Shown piece after piece: positions 17,578 through 26,896 of a stretch of 64,000 nt of DNA. Position 1 is the stretch's first letter, and each line of letters begins with the position of its first letter. The notes below the pieces were generated by a model. That model saw nothing but the letters and a program-made list of their open reading frames with translations, searched no databases and had not been told where the DNA came from. The translations under genes were made by a program, and so were the position numbers. Source of the DNA: a virus (lineage: Duplodnaviria > Heunggongvirae > Uroviricota > Caudoviricetes); IMG/VR virus record IMGVR_UViG_3300037067_027627. One strand, written 5' to 3'.

Positions 17578-18044
17578 GTTTTTCCTAACCTTTTATGTAA
17601 TACTGATTTCACAATTGATATAAAACCATCATACTGTTTCTTTTCCGGGATCGATACAAGATCTCTCCTGTAGTTTTTCCAGTGTTCTTCATATAGTTCT
17701 CGTGTCCGTGTAATTTGAAACTCTTGTATGTGATACGCAAACCCGGCGCGCCCGTTCCCGAGATCCCCGGCTTCACGATATACTACAGAATAGTCTTCAA
17801 GCGCACAGAGTGAGTGCCAAACTTCCGATTTCGTCATTACCCACGCAAGAGAGGATACCATTGTGGAAACCGATATGGGTTTATTTAATATGAAGTTGTA
17901 ATGGTAAATCTCACAAGCAAGCTTCAAATCTTCGGACAGTCGGCAATACATGTTGTCTTCTGCCATCCATCCGTCGATGCATCTTCGCAAATGCCACAAA
18001 CCGTCGTTCCATATGCGTTCACAATTCTCGTTTTCGAATTCCAT
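17574..18044 (-). CDS. Hypothetical protein
   Basis: 156-aa ORF. Confidence 0.45.
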   Translation of the reverse strand: MEFENENCERIWNDGLWHLRRCIDGWMAEDNMYCRLSEDLKLACEIYHYNFILNKPISVSTMVSSLAWVMTKSEVWHSLCALEDYSVVYREAGDLGNGRAGFAYHIQEFQITRTRELYEEHWKNYRRDLVSIPEKKQYDGFISIVKSVLHKRLGKT

Positions 18045-18180
18045 TATACACTTCCGATCATTGACGTGTATGACAAAGCTGCATAGTATATAGATATGAA
18101 TACCAGTATTGTCATAAGAATGATAATCATAAACATATATTCTATGGGAGTTACAAAAATTGTCATCATAATCACCGTTA

Positions 18181-18543
18181 CTATGCGTATTTCAATGATA
18201 ACGTGTATGAAACCCACGTCATGTATTCCGGGTTTGCCGCCTGTATTGCATATACTCCAAACAGAAGACACCCAATGGCCCCAATGATTGCGAATATAAC
18301 GACACCAATCGCGAATCCAATACAGAACTCGGTAAACATCCTATATGTATCCTGTGTTGTTAAGAGACTGACAAATCCGAATACAAATCCCCCGAGTATA
18401 ACCAGAACAAGCCACGCAACAACCATATTCGACCATATAGTTGCTTCAGACATTTGTGCGCTCGTATAAACCGAGAATACGTATTCCTTTGTTACTCCGA
18501 AATAATCCGCGATCTGCGGGATATATCTAATTCCGTCTGTCAT
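18181..18543 (-). CDS. Membrane protein (2-3 TM segments)
   Basis: Hydrophobic segments VVAWLVLVILGGFVFGFVSLL and FCIGFAIGVVIFAIIGAIGCLLFGVY. Confidence 0.45.
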   Translation of the reverse strand: MTDGIRYIPQIADYFGVTKEYVFSVYTSAQMSEATIWSNMVVAWLVLVILGGFVFGFVSLLTTQDTYRMFTEFCIGFAIGVVIFAIIGAIGCLLFGVYAIQAANPEYMTWVSYTLSLKYA

Positions 18544-19151
18544 GGTGCGTCATCACTCCCATAAAAATCATCCACTTCGTCAGATTTCATCTGTGCGAAT
18601 GGATCACCGGCGTTGAATTCTTCAGCCTTGAAAATACTAATATCCGAAACTCGTTTCTTTATTGGATGGAACATCTCGTGCACAGATTCCGGCAACCTGT
18701 CCACATTAGTTACAGACAAGTCACGGATTCCATCTATCTGGTCATTTTGTCTAGATACTTGTCTAGATACCCGTTCGGGTGATTGCCCGGAAGGTTTCTG
18801 GTTGATACGTTTCCACGTGTCACTTTCCTTCACGTCGTGCACTTGAAGATCCGCACGTTCCGTGGAATCCGTATGTTCGGTGGTTGCCTCAAATGTTTTA
18901 CATCCAAGGATTCTCAGCATACGCACTGTACTGGTATAGATGAAGAACGGGGATCGTTCGGATGCGCATGCACATCGTATGAACGCATCTTTCGGAATTG
19001 GTGTGAATGCATACGATTTCGGTTCAAGTTTGTGGATCTCCAATTCGATCTTCCGGAACCATCCCCGGTTGTAAATGCACCCGTTCTCACAGTGATCCTG
19101 TTGCTCTACAAATGACATTGTGTTCTCTCCTTGCTTTCTTTGACTGTTCAT
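18540..19151 (-). CDS. Hypothetical protein
   Basis: 203-aa ORF overlapping its neighbours by 4 nt. Confidence 0.45.
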   Translation of the reverse strand: MNSQRKQGENTMSFVEQQDHCENGCIYNRGWFRKIELEIHKLEPKSYAFTPIPKDAFIRCACASERSPFFIYTSTVRMLRILGCKTFEATTEHTDSTERADLQVHDVKESDTWKRINQKPSGQSPERVSRQVSRQNDQIDGIRDLSVTNVDRLPESVHEMFHPIKKRVSDISIFKAEEFNAGDPFAQMKSDEVDDFYGSDDAP

Positions 19152-19546
19152 TCATGCTGATCCTGACCTGATGTGGTGCTCTTCCGTAGTCGTTCTCTTT
19201 CAATCTTCATAATCAATTCATTATACGCGGAATCAGAGAACATACTGGTGTGCCTCTTGATCCACCTTTCCATAATATCCAGCGTTGCGATCGTGGCGGT
19301 GCGGGCTGATTCCTTTGCTGCAATACCCATCATGTATTTACATTCGTCCTTCGTAATTGGTTTCGGTGCCGGGGTGTGCAGATGGAAACTTAAATTAGGA
19401 CACCCCAGTTCTATTTTCATACATTCAGTACATGATTTATATTTATGGCAAGTCCCTATTCCTTTCATTGTGGTTTCACCGGCTTCCTGCAACACTGGCA
19501 TTTGCTCGAACCGAATCAAGAGTTCGAACCACCCCGAGATACTCAC
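19148..19546 (-). CDS. Hypothetical Cys-rich protein
   Basis: 132-aa ORF. Confidence 0.4.
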   Translation of the reverse strand: MSISGWFELLIRFEQMPVLQEAGETTMKGIGTCHKYKSCTECMKIELGCPNLSFHLHTPAPKPITKDECKYMMGIAAKESARTATIATLDIMERWIKRHTSMFSDSAYNELIMKIERERLRKSTTSGQDQHE

Positions 19547-20171
19547 GGAATATCAACGCGTTTGTTGATTTTGGAAGCTTCGTTCTCGTGTAAGCGGCAT
19601 CGATCATGTCTAATAAAGCATCGATCTCATCTCGGTTCGTTGTTGGTGGTGCGGGTTCGAATGCAACACCTTTCCCGTCCAGAAGATTAATACCAAACTG
19701 GAGAGTGCGGAACGCAGATCGCAATGCTTTCTCTTCTGATACAGATCCTTTCCGTTTTGTGATATCAGCTAGTTGACTTATCGCCATCCCACGGACTGAC
19801 CAGTACGTAGATGCAGCCAGATTCTTCGAAACGATATCACGAAGTTTATCATACTCTACGGATCTTGTGATTACATGCGGGCTCATTACTGCCCAAATCG
19901 CATTACAGTTCCCTTTTATAAGTAAATCTACAAGGTGCCCGATCTCCATGAACTGGAACTCCCATTCCCCAAGATCGTTTTCGTGTTTGCGGAATGGCAT
20001 AGTTTCCGGAATTCGCCACCCTTCCAATATTCTTAACGTAGGATATTGATACACTATCATGATGTCGTGGTCACTATCAGGGGTGTCCATCCCCCACATA
20101 TGCGATCCAATTACAGTTCTGAAAAGTTCTTTCCCGGGTAAATTTTGACCGGGAAAAGTTTTAGTTTCCAT
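19476..20171 (-). CDS. Pol-beta-superfamily nucleotidyltransferase (minimal nucleotidyltransferase fold)
   Basis: GSHMWGMDTPDSDHDIMIVY fits the G[SG]-x9-13-D-x-[DE] signature. Confidence 0.55.
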   Translation of the reverse strand: METKTFPGQNLPGKELFRTVIGSHMWGMDTPDSDHDIMIVYQYPTLRILEGWRIPETMPFRKHENDLGEWEFQFMEIGHLVDLLIKGNCNAIWAVMSPHVITRSVEYDKLRDIVSKNLAASTYWSVRGMAISQLADITKRKGSVSEEKALRSAFRTLQFGINLLDGKGVAFEPAPPTTNRDEIDALLDMIDAAYTRTKLPKSTNALIFREYLGVVRTLDSVRANASVAGSR

Positions 20172-21253
20172 TATCGCGCCTCGTTCCTAATCATTTTCTC
20201 TTGTGACCAGTGTTTACTCGTTGTCACGTGACCCGTACGAACATACTTCGCAACGTTCTGGTCGAATTCATTGAATGGGTACGAATACATACTTCTGACC
20301 ACAATTCCTTCGTGCCCGTGTCTAACAACAAGATCACCCCATGATTTCACTTCGCGTTCTAGGTCTCTTGCAGATGATATCCGCATCGGAACCAGTGGGT
20401 ATCCTTGGTGATGTTCATTATACATCTCGTATAACGTCGGTGTCGTAGAGACGTTCAGTATCTGCGCCCAGTCCTTAACCGATGCCCAGCTCGCCCACTC
20501 TGCATGATTGTGATCATAAACTGCGAAAAGTTGCAGGTATCCCCTGTTGAGGGCAAGATCTCCTATATAATGAATGGAGTGTTTCGCATATAACCACTCC
20601 CCAAATATCTGTACACCGTCCGGAATCAGATCCCGCATCACCGCATGCATAGATTTCACCATCGCAAACGATGGGTGTGGGGCATCGTGCGCATTCCGCG
20701 CAGCAACACCACGATTATCGAACGTGACATTACTCCCATCCATCTTCAAAGTGAATACGATATCCTTGTTGCACAGGGATTCCCACGGCATTATCCCATT
20801 TTCACGTTTCTCTTCAACGTGACCCCCGGGACTATTGCGGAAGAATGGAGTATGCGGGTACTTTATGCGTAGTCCTTTTGCGGAGGACAGATTTGGGATC
20901 GTGTGGGGAACGCCCCACTTGTTAAACTCCGTAAATGGTGACTTCACAACGATCAGTTTCTTCGGGTAGATCGCAGGAGAAATCCCGCACCATTTCCTGA
21001 GTTGATTCGGGGTGATTGCGCCTTTCTCTGCATCCATATGATGATTCTCACACAATGGCGCACCGTTCCCGTACACATACCCGCCATTTTCGGTATGTGC
21101 GTCCCACAATGCCCGTTCGAGTATGTGATGAGCGTCAACCGCCGCGTTCTTACACCACGGTACACAACACTTTCCATTATGTATCGCGAATGTTTCTTCC
21201 CGGAACTTCGCCCTTACCGGGTTCTGTTCCTTTCTGTTTGACATTGTTATCAC
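20171..21253 (-). CDS. HNH endonuclease domain fused to an ATP-dependent RNA ligase (Rnl-like nucleotidyltransferase)
   Basis: N-terminal HNH: CCVPWC...DAHHI...LCENHH. Ligase motif I KxDG in VFTLKMDGSNVTF. Motif IV-like EGIVVRS and motif V-like LYAKHSIHY. The first ~70 nt overlap the upstream ORF, so the true start may be downstream. Confidence 0.6.
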   Translation of the reverse strand: MITMSNRKEQNPVRAKFREETFAIHNGKCCVPWCKNAAVDAHHILERALWDAHTENGGYVYGNGAPLCENHHMDAEKGAITPNQLRKWCGISPAIYPKKLIVVKSPFTEFNKWGVPHTIPNLSSAKGLRIKYPHTPFFRNSPGGHVEEKRENGIMPWESLCNKDIVFTLKMDGSNVTFDNRGVAARNAHDAPHPSFAMVKSMHAVMRDLIPDGVQIFGEWLYAKHSIHYIGDLALNRGYLQLFAVYDHNHAEWASWASVKDWAQILNVSTTPTLYEMYNEHHQGYPLVPMRISSARDLEREVKSWGDLVVRHGHEGIVVRSMYSYPFNEFDQNVAKYVRTGHVTTSKHWSQEKMIRNEAR

Positions 21254-21515
21254 CTTTTTGTAGTTCTTTCTTGCGCGATTCTGCCATACCTATGTAGATC
21301 GATGTATAATCAGTGTTGCAATTAACTATTTCAATCAGATCATCTATCGCAGATAAAGGAATCAATGGCAGAACGCGTTTCATTTTCTCTAACGCCTTCG
21401 CATACTCTTCCGATCCCTCCCAGCACTTCTCACTGCAATACTCGTATTCCCACGAATAGTTCATATCACAGTTCGAACAAGCGTGGAAAACCTTGCCACA
21501 CGTACATCTGGGCAT
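21177..21515 (-). CDS. Cys-rich zinc-finger protein
   Basis: CTCGKVFHACSNCD...CSEKC. Confidence 0.4.
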   Translation of the reverse strand: MPRCTCGKVFHACSNCDMNYSWEYEYCSEKCWEGSEEYAKALEKMKRVLPLIPLSAIDDLIEIVNCNTDYTSIYIGMAESRKKELQKGDNNVKQKGTEPGKGEVPGRNIRDT

Positions 21516-21820
21516 TATGATACACCATCCCCAATGTTCTTAACTCGTTCTTTCCACCGTTTAAGAATATCTGCGCGCACCGCGCAACCGTGCGCATATT
21601 CCTCTTCGTATTCTTTCAGGAATGGTTCTCCTAGAGCGAAACACTTCGGACAATACCATATTATGCCATATTCCCCGTCCGGAGAAACCCCGCACGATGT
21701 GCATACCTCGATGTTGCAAATCTGGCAAGTGTGAATACTGCATTTCAAAACATGGGAGTTGCACACGTCACATACTTTGCGCTCTTTCTTTATCACGACT
21801 TCCTCGATTATAGTACTCAT
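21515..21820 (-). CDS. Cys-rich zinc-binding protein
   Basis: Multiple CxxC pairs: CDVCNS...CQICN...CTSCG...CPKC. Confidence 0.45.
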   Translation of the reverse strand: MSTIIEEVVIKKERKVCDVCNSHVLKCSIHTCQICNIEVCTSCGVSPDGEYGIIWYCPKCFALGEPFLKEYEEEYAHGCAVRADILKRWKERVKNIGDGVS

Positions 21821-21823
21821 AAC

Positions 21824-22294
21824 TCACCGGAAATCAGAATCTTGGTCGTCGTCGTGTTTCGGAATCTGCATATCTATAGAAAACTTCTTAAACCTGTATC
21901 GTTTAACGCAGTGTACCGTTTTCAAATACTCATCGTGAAACTTGGTGAACTCCGCGTCTAATTTCGGACAGATTTCTTCAAGTTTCTTGACAGCACTGTC
22001 GCACCGATCAAAAAATGTCCTCTTGAAGAGTTTGTCCCAAAATGAATCTTCACGATTAACATATATTGCACCAGCATTGTACCTGTAGCTACCAACACCG
22101 TAGTAACCCGGGACACTTGCATATCCATATCGCGGGCTGTTGTCGATATCATTTCTCAGGTTCTCATATGTGATATAAAACACAATCCCACTAGAATCTG
22201 CAACCGGAATCACGAAATGCTTAAATAGTTCTGGATGTTCGTGAAGTTTCAGAAACCGATCCCCATCTGCCTTGTTATACTCGATATCATGCAT
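21824..22294 (-). CDS. Hypothetical protein
   Basis: Start reassigned to MHDIEYNK at 22294, preceded by the SD in GAAGGTGAAAAAAGA-ATG. The ORF-track N-terminal extension is a read-through of repeat copy 1. Confidence 0.5.
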   Translation of the reverse strand: MHDIEYNKADGDRFLKLHEHPELFKHFVIPVADSSGIVFYITYENLRNDIDNSPRYGYASVPGYYGVGSYRYNAGAIYVNREDSFWDKLFKRTFFDRCDSAVKKLEEICPKLDAEFTKFHDEYLKTVHCVKRYRFKKFSIDMQIPKHDDDQDSDFR

Positions 22295-22330
22295 TCTTTT
22301 TTCACCTTCAACATCGCCCCAAAGGGCAGA

Positions 22331-22370
22331 CCGTGAACGGGGCTCGCACCCGTTTGCCTTCTGGTCACGG
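22331..22370 (-). repeat. Intergenic tRNA-like minihelix repeat, copy 1
   Basis: Plus strand CCGTGAACGGGGCTCGCACCCGTTTGCCTTCTGGTCACGG. It lies 9 nt after the stop codon of the 22380..23117 gene. Confidence 0.85.
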
Positions 22371-22379
22371 TTGTTCTGA

Positions 22380-23117
22380 TTACGGTGCTTGTTTTTTCTT
22401 TTGCGGAGACACATGCACGTTGTGGTCTACAGTCAGGTTCTGACCGGTAGGATCTGCCGCAGCTGCATACACTGCTGCGTCGGCAACGGTTCCTGTGGAA
22501 CGGTATGCTGTTGCAGCCATACCATATGCCCTTCCAACAGACTGTCCTCCTGCACGATGATGCCCGAAACAGATTGTATTCGCACTTCCAAGCCCAATAC
22601 TGATCCCATCGGCAAATGCTGTCGGAGAAGCAGACAGATATAGGAATGCCCACTTGAAATCTTTGGTGCACTTCTCAATCGTGTTCAGGATCTGTGTGCG
22701 GGTGTATTCTTTACTGTCGTTCTCGTTACCATCGGTAAGAATAACAACCATAACCCGCGCAGGATCTGCCCCGGGTTTCTCGTAACGTTCACGCACGGTT
22801 GCAATTGCACGACCTATCGCGTCATACAGAGCTGTCCTTCCTCTCGGAACGTATGTGGATCGATCCAATGGTTTCACATCTGCGATCGGAGTCCCGTCAT
22901 GCGCTACAATATACTCGTGGTCAAACAGAACCATCGTGAGGAATGCTGCGCCTTGCAACCCCTGTTGTTCACTCAGGAACGTATTGAATCCTCCGATTGC
23001 ATCGTCCCTGATGTTACTCATTGACCCAGACCTGTCAAGAATACATACGAATTCCGTAGGTACATCTGTTGATGTCTGGATCTGTTTTCCCTTTTTAGAC
23101 TGCTGTTTTTTTGACAT
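22380..23117 (-). CDS. von Willebrand factor A (vWA) domain protein
   Basis: MIDAS motif VCILDRSGSMSN (DxSxS), plus downstream T and D residues. Confidence 0.6.
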   Translation of the reverse strand: MSKKQQSKKGKQIQTSTDVPTEFVCILDRSGSMSNIRDDAIGGFNTFLSEQQGLQGAAFLTMVLFDHEYIVAHDGTPIADVKPLDRSTYVPRGRTALYDAIGRAIATVRERYEKPGADPARVMVVILTDGNENDSKEYTRTQILNTIEKCTKDFKWAFLYLSASPTAFADGISIGLGSANTICFGHHRAGGQSVGRAYGMAATAYRSTGTVADAAVYAAAADPTGQNLTVDHNVHVSPQKKKQAP

Positions 23118-23138
23118 ACAAACCCCTGTAAAAATAGA

Positions 23139-23543
23139 TTAGATTTTGAAGATAACGTTCTTCACCGGGGTATCATGCGATGTCGCATCCTCGCGCCGCT
23201 TGCGCAGGGTATCTGCAACCTGCGATTTAAGTCGCTTCCCAGCTTCCTCAACCTGCTTCGCACGGTACGCTTCCTGATTGATCCTGTGCAATCTGTTCCC
23301 GGCGATTTTAATCGTGTTCATGATCTTGAAGATCACTGCCGATTTATACTCCCCGTTAACGCACAGGGTTGTCCCATCAAATAATCTGATGGTTTTGTGA
23401 GAGTCCGTTAGCCAGAACGAAGGATTCGACTCCACATACTGTGGATTCATCTTATCCTTTGTAAGTACTCCGCGAATACTCAACACACGATACATCCGGA
23501 CACCGTTCCTGAGGAACTCTTGTGTCTTGATCCGAACTGTCAT
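23139..23543 (-). CDS. Hypothetical protein
   Basis: 134-aa ORF with SD GGAGGAAAC upstream. Confidence 0.45.
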   Translation of the reverse strand: MTVRIKTQEFLRNGVRMYRVLSIRGVLTKDKMNPQYVESNPSFWLTDSHKTIRLFDGTTLCVNGEYKSAVIFKIMNTIKIAGNRLHRINQEAYRAKQVEEAGKRLKSQVADTLRKRREDATSHDTPVKNVIFKI

Positions 23544-23788
23544 GTTTTTGTTTCCTCCATTTTACTTTACTTAATCCCCTCTTCGGGGAAACGTGAGTAG
23601 CGGGGGATCGAACCCCGCGCAAGTGCTGCCACACTTTTCCTGATGGTGATTCATCCAGACGTACAGAAATCCGGAAGCGGATGCCCTGTTCGGGAAACAT
23701 CCCATTATCCTTCCCACTCACACAATCACGACCCGGACGGCAAGCTCCGGTTCACGCCTCGGGGTTGTACGATCCTCAATCGTGAAAT

Positions 23789-23828
23789 GTCGTGAACGGG
23801 GCTCGCACCCGTTTGCCGCTCGACACGA
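23789..23828 (-). repeat. Intergenic tRNA-like minihelix repeat, copy 2; outer stem variant TCGTG/CACGA
   Basis: GTCGTGAACGGGGCTCGCACCCGTTTGCCGCTCGACACGAC. Compensatory change in the outer stem. Lies directly after the stop of 23838..24044. Confidence 0.8.
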
Positions 23829-23837
23829 CGGATAATC

Positions 23838-24044
23838 TCATCTAAGTATTATCACCGCTAACACAACAACTACTACAAATAATACGAATAGTGCTGGCAA
23901 CCAAACCAACCACCACGGCATGATAATGTTAAATCCATAAAACAATACAAGAAGCGCAATCTGCGCAACAAACAGCAATCCTACTGTAAAGTTAGACATG
24001 TTAGTTTCACTTCTGTTCGCAACATCCGCAAGCACCGTGTGCAT
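23838..24044 (-). CDS. Small membrane protein
   Basis: 68 aa, almost entirely hydrophobic. Confidence 0.4.
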   Translation of the reverse strand: MHTVLADVANRSETNMSNFTVGLLFVAQIALLVLFYGFNIIMPWWLVWLPALFVLFVVVVVLAVIILR

Positions 24045-24237
24045 GCGTGTTCATATACGCAATGTGATCTGCAAGATCATCGGCAATTGTTTGTGTGTAC
24101 CACGGTTTGATCAATGCAAGAATAGATTCGATCTGCTCTTCGGTGAGATCGTTGATCTCGATGTTGTACCAAACCGTATCTCTTCCGATACCATCTGGGT
24201 TGTGACATTCCGTTCTGTTATAATTCATTTGTACCAC
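24007..24237 (-). CDS. Hypothetical protein
   Basis: 76-aa ORF. Confidence 0.35.
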   Translation of the reverse strand: MVQMNYNRTECHNPDGIGRDTVWYNIEINDLTEEQIESILALIKPWYTQTIADDLADHIAYMNTHAHGACGCCEQK

Positions 24238-24417
24238 TTTAAAGTTATATGTGCGTGATATTAATCTTTTCCCATATCTTCCAACAAATCATCCAAGGGT
24301 TTTCGGTCGCCATATCTTTTCCCAGCGTTGCAGACAAAGCGATCGGTGAATAGATGCGATTCATACCATAGCAATGTCTGTATAATAGCAACAACTGGGC
24401 ATGTCATACGCCAACAC

Positions 24418-24789
24418 CTACTGATCTTCTTTTCTACGTAACTGGTCGCACGTTCTGAATCGTTTTACTGACAAAACCTGCCCCCGCCCGTCTCGTTTGG
24501 CTCCATTTGCACCTTTGGTATCTGGTGAAATAAAATCCGGTCGCGCCATTATCTGCGTCACCTGACTCGGGACTATGTACCACGTGTCTTTTGATGGCGA
24601 TGGAATGATATCATCTGCGGGCTCATAATATACCCGCTGGATAATTGGATTATCATCTATGGTTTTAATAACATCGTCCATCATTTCCAGCCGTAAAACT
24701 CGCCCATCCGGAGGATATTCATAAACACTTCCATCGGATCGTTCAACGATAATCGGATGCGAATTCAAGTTTATAATACGCGTGCTCAT
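24418..24789 (-). CDS. Hypothetical protein
   Basis: 123-aa ORF. Confidence 0.45.
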   Translation of the reverse strand: MSTRIINLNSHPIIVERSDGSVYEYPPDGRVLRLEMMDDVIKTIDDNPIIQRVYYEPADDIIPSPSKDTWYIVPSQVTQIMARPDFISPDTKGANGAKRDGRGQVLSVKRFRTCDQLRRKEDQ

Positions 24790-24815
24790 CGAATAACACC
24801 ATCAAACAGCGAGGA

Positions 24816-25139
24816 TTAATCCTCGCTGCCATCATCTTCGTCTTCGTCGTCTTCGTCGTCATCCTCATCGTCGTCTTCGTCCTCGCATTCGTCCTCGTCT
24901 TCGTCGTCACAAGGGCAATCGTCTTCGGGCTGTGTGAAATCAAGAATCTTGTCTTTCACGACCTCAACGTTGAAAATGTCTGATAATGCAACAGAGTCAT
25001 CCTCAATCAAATCGGTCATTGCTTCGTCGGCGATATCAATTGCTTCGCGCGGGTTCTTTGCTTCGACAATGGTAAATGCCGAATATTTTACTACGAACCT
25101 CTTTAGTACTGGTGCTTTACGTTTTCCCATAAGTATCAC
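24816..25139 (-). CDS. Hypothetical protein with a poly-acidic (D/E) C-terminal tail
   Basis: C-terminus PCDDEDEDECEDEDDDEDDDEDDEDEDDGSED. Confidence 0.45.
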   Translation of the reverse strand: MILMGKRKAPVLKRFVVKYSAFTIVEAKNPREAIDIADEAMTDLIEDDSVALSDIFNVEVVKDKILDFTQPEDDCPCDDEDEDECEDEDDDEDDDEDDEDEDDGSED

Positions 25140-25504
25140 TTCGTATTGGATTGTGTTTTTTCCACTGTGTCAAATATTCGCATCACATCATTTATATCTG
25201 TTTCGGTGAGCTTACAATCGCGAATCAGGAGATCTCCAAGTGAAGATAAGATCCGCTGACCATTCGTAAGAACAGCGCTCGTTGTTTTCGGGTCTACCTG
25301 CCCCTCGGATATCCCACGTAATGCCCCGGTAAGAGCAAAGATGTCAACAAGAAGTGCCTTTGCAGTGTTGTGATCGGCGCAGAAAATCGTAGGAACAGGG
25401 TTAAGAGTCTGCGCAACAGGATCCGGGTCTGATTGCACGTCTGTTTTTGATTTCTCAAGTACAATCTCGAAGTCGTTTTGTTTGTCCTTGTTTGTATCTG
25501 CCAT
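25136..25504 (-). CDS. Hypothetical protein
   Basis: 122-aa ORF. Confidence 0.45.
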   Translation of the reverse strand: MADTNKDKQNDFEIVLEKSKTDVQSDPDPVAQTLNPVPTIFCADHNTAKALLVDIFALTGALRGISEGQVDPKTTSAVLTNGQRILSSLGDLLIRDCKLTETDINDVMRIFDTVEKTQSNTK

Positions 25505-25505
25505 G

Positions 25506-25703
25506 TTATATTACCTCTAGTTTCTTCTGTGTCTTTGTTATTATACGTTTGTTTTCCCCGATACGCGTAAACGATCCTTCGACCAGTTCACTGATGCGAT
25601 GGCAATCCGGGCATTCTACCGTTTCGTGAATATCACTCATTGATTTCTTGGTAAATACCCCATGTTCACGGCATTTGTATATGCATGTAAATCGCAGTTT
25701 CAA
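25506..25703 (-). CDS. Zinc-ribbon protein
   Basis: CIYKCREHG...CPDCHR. Confidence 0.4.
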   Translation of the reverse strand: MKLRFTCIYKCREHGVFTKKSMSDIHETVECPDCHRISELVEGSFTRIGENKRIITKTQKKLEVI

Positions 25704-25728
25704 ATGGCAACACCACCAATAAAATTAG

Positions 25729-26169
25729 TTATGAGTATTCGTCCCCATACACTTCCTTAATATAAGGATCCGGATCCTCGATGCACATTACTTTTTTCTT
25801 CTCGGGTATCGTCATGTTCTGGTCTTCCATAATACTCTTACGTAAAGACTCCCGTGAAGATTTTAATTGCGTAAGTATAGACATCCGCGCAACTATTTTC
25901 TTTGCACCATTGTTAATTTCACCCTGCGATATCTCCCCGCTAAGAGAGAATACCGAAGATAATGAATCGTAATTCGCAATTGCTGCTGTGATTGCTGCTA
26001 GTTCACTACTTGTAAACCGATCATTACCAGTAACAATTGACTCCAACCCTCGCGCAGCCAGTTCAATTTCCGACAACATATCAACTAAATCACTTCGTAA
26101 CATCCCGAAAGTTACAACTAGATCACCATCGATATCGTCATCATCGTTTGAAAACCGTCCGGATACCAT
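25729..26169 (-). CDS. Hypothetical protein
   Basis: 146-aa ORF. Confidence 0.45.
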   Translation of the reverse strand: MVSGRFSNDDDDIDGDLVVTFGMLRSDLVDMLSEIELAARGLESIVTGNDRFTSSELAAITAAIANYDSLSSVFSLSGEISQGEINNGAKKIVARMSILTQLKSSRESLRKSIMEDQNMTIPEKKKVMCIEDPDPYIKEVYGDEYS

Positions 26170-26238
26170 GATCTGCCAAATACCTATTCCATTATCAATT
26201 CATATATAGGTTTCGGAACGACGGTGTGAGGGATAAAT

Positions 26239-26412
26239 TTACCTGAATCTGTGCTTATCGACAGGACGCTTTTTTTCTTCAAACGCCATAAATCGTTCAT
26301 GCTTCGCACATTTTTCCGAGAACGGGTTAAATGCAGATGGGCAGGTTAGTTCCCCGTTCTCATTTGTTGTATCCGCACATCCTTCGCAAAACTTATACTT
26401 TGAGCATACCAT
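26239..26412 (-). CDS. Small Cys-rich protein (57 aa), below the ORF-track length cut-off
   Basis: Hand translation gives MVCSKYKFCEGCADTTNENGELTCPSAFNPFSEKCAKHERF.... SD GAGGTAAAA lies upstream. Confidence 0.35.
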   Translation of the reverse strand: MVCSKYKFCEGCADTTNENGELTCPSAFNPFSEKCAKHERFMAFEEKKRPVDKHRFR

Positions 26413-26435
26413 GATTTTACCTCACATCCGGTTTC

Positions 26436-26750
26436 TTACTCTGCATCTTCGTCTTCGTCTGGGAGACCAAGGAAGATACGTGTGCCTTCAATCACGTGTT
26501 CGTAATCGATTTTGTTCTCGTTAAGTTTTCGCATCACGTCGTTCACAGTGAACGTTGCATTCGATTTCACCTGCAAATCCCTCACAGACTTGACTGCGAC
26601 CCCGAATTTAGAAACAGGTATCAAAAAGAAATCCTCAGTAACGTCTGCATTCAATCTGTTCTCGTTCGTAATACGCACTACAAGAAGTGCCTTGTCAGTA
26701 TCTTTCTCTGTCATGTTATACCTCTTTTTTCTTGAATCCCATGCACCCAA
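26436..26750 (-). CDS. Hypothetical protein
   Basis: 104-aa ORF. Confidence 0.45.
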   Translation of the reverse strand: MGAWDSRKKRYNMTEKDTDKALLVVRITNENRLNADVTEDFFLIPVSKFGVAVKSVRDLQVKSNATFTVNDVMRKLNENKIDYEHVIEGTRIFLGLPDEDEDAE

Positions 26751-26895
26751 TCTCTGGTTTAAGTCCCGGGATTATATCATCATACATGGGTATGTCCTTT
26801 GTTGTATTTATAACTCTTCCGAGAACGCGGCACCAGTTCGGAGAACGTTCCCCGTATCCCCCAGTGCTGCAATCTCTGCAAGGTAATTCTGGCAT
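26716..26895 (-). CDS. Small Cys-rich protein
   Basis: ORF-track entry 26716..26964 trimmed to MPELPCRDCSTGG so that it abuts the upstream gene. Confidence 0.35.
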   Translation of the reverse strand: MPELPCRDCSTGGYGERSPNWCRVLGRVINTTKDIPMYDDIIPGLKPEIGCMGFKKKEV

Positions 26896-26896
26896 G

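Noticed and set aside
24816-24905. GAC/GAA/GAG-rich tandem trinucleotide stretch that looked like a simple-sequence repeat.
   Set aside because: It is in frame and encodes the poly-Asp/Glu C-terminal tail of ORF 24816..25139. It is a coding low-complexity region, not a non-coding microsatellite.
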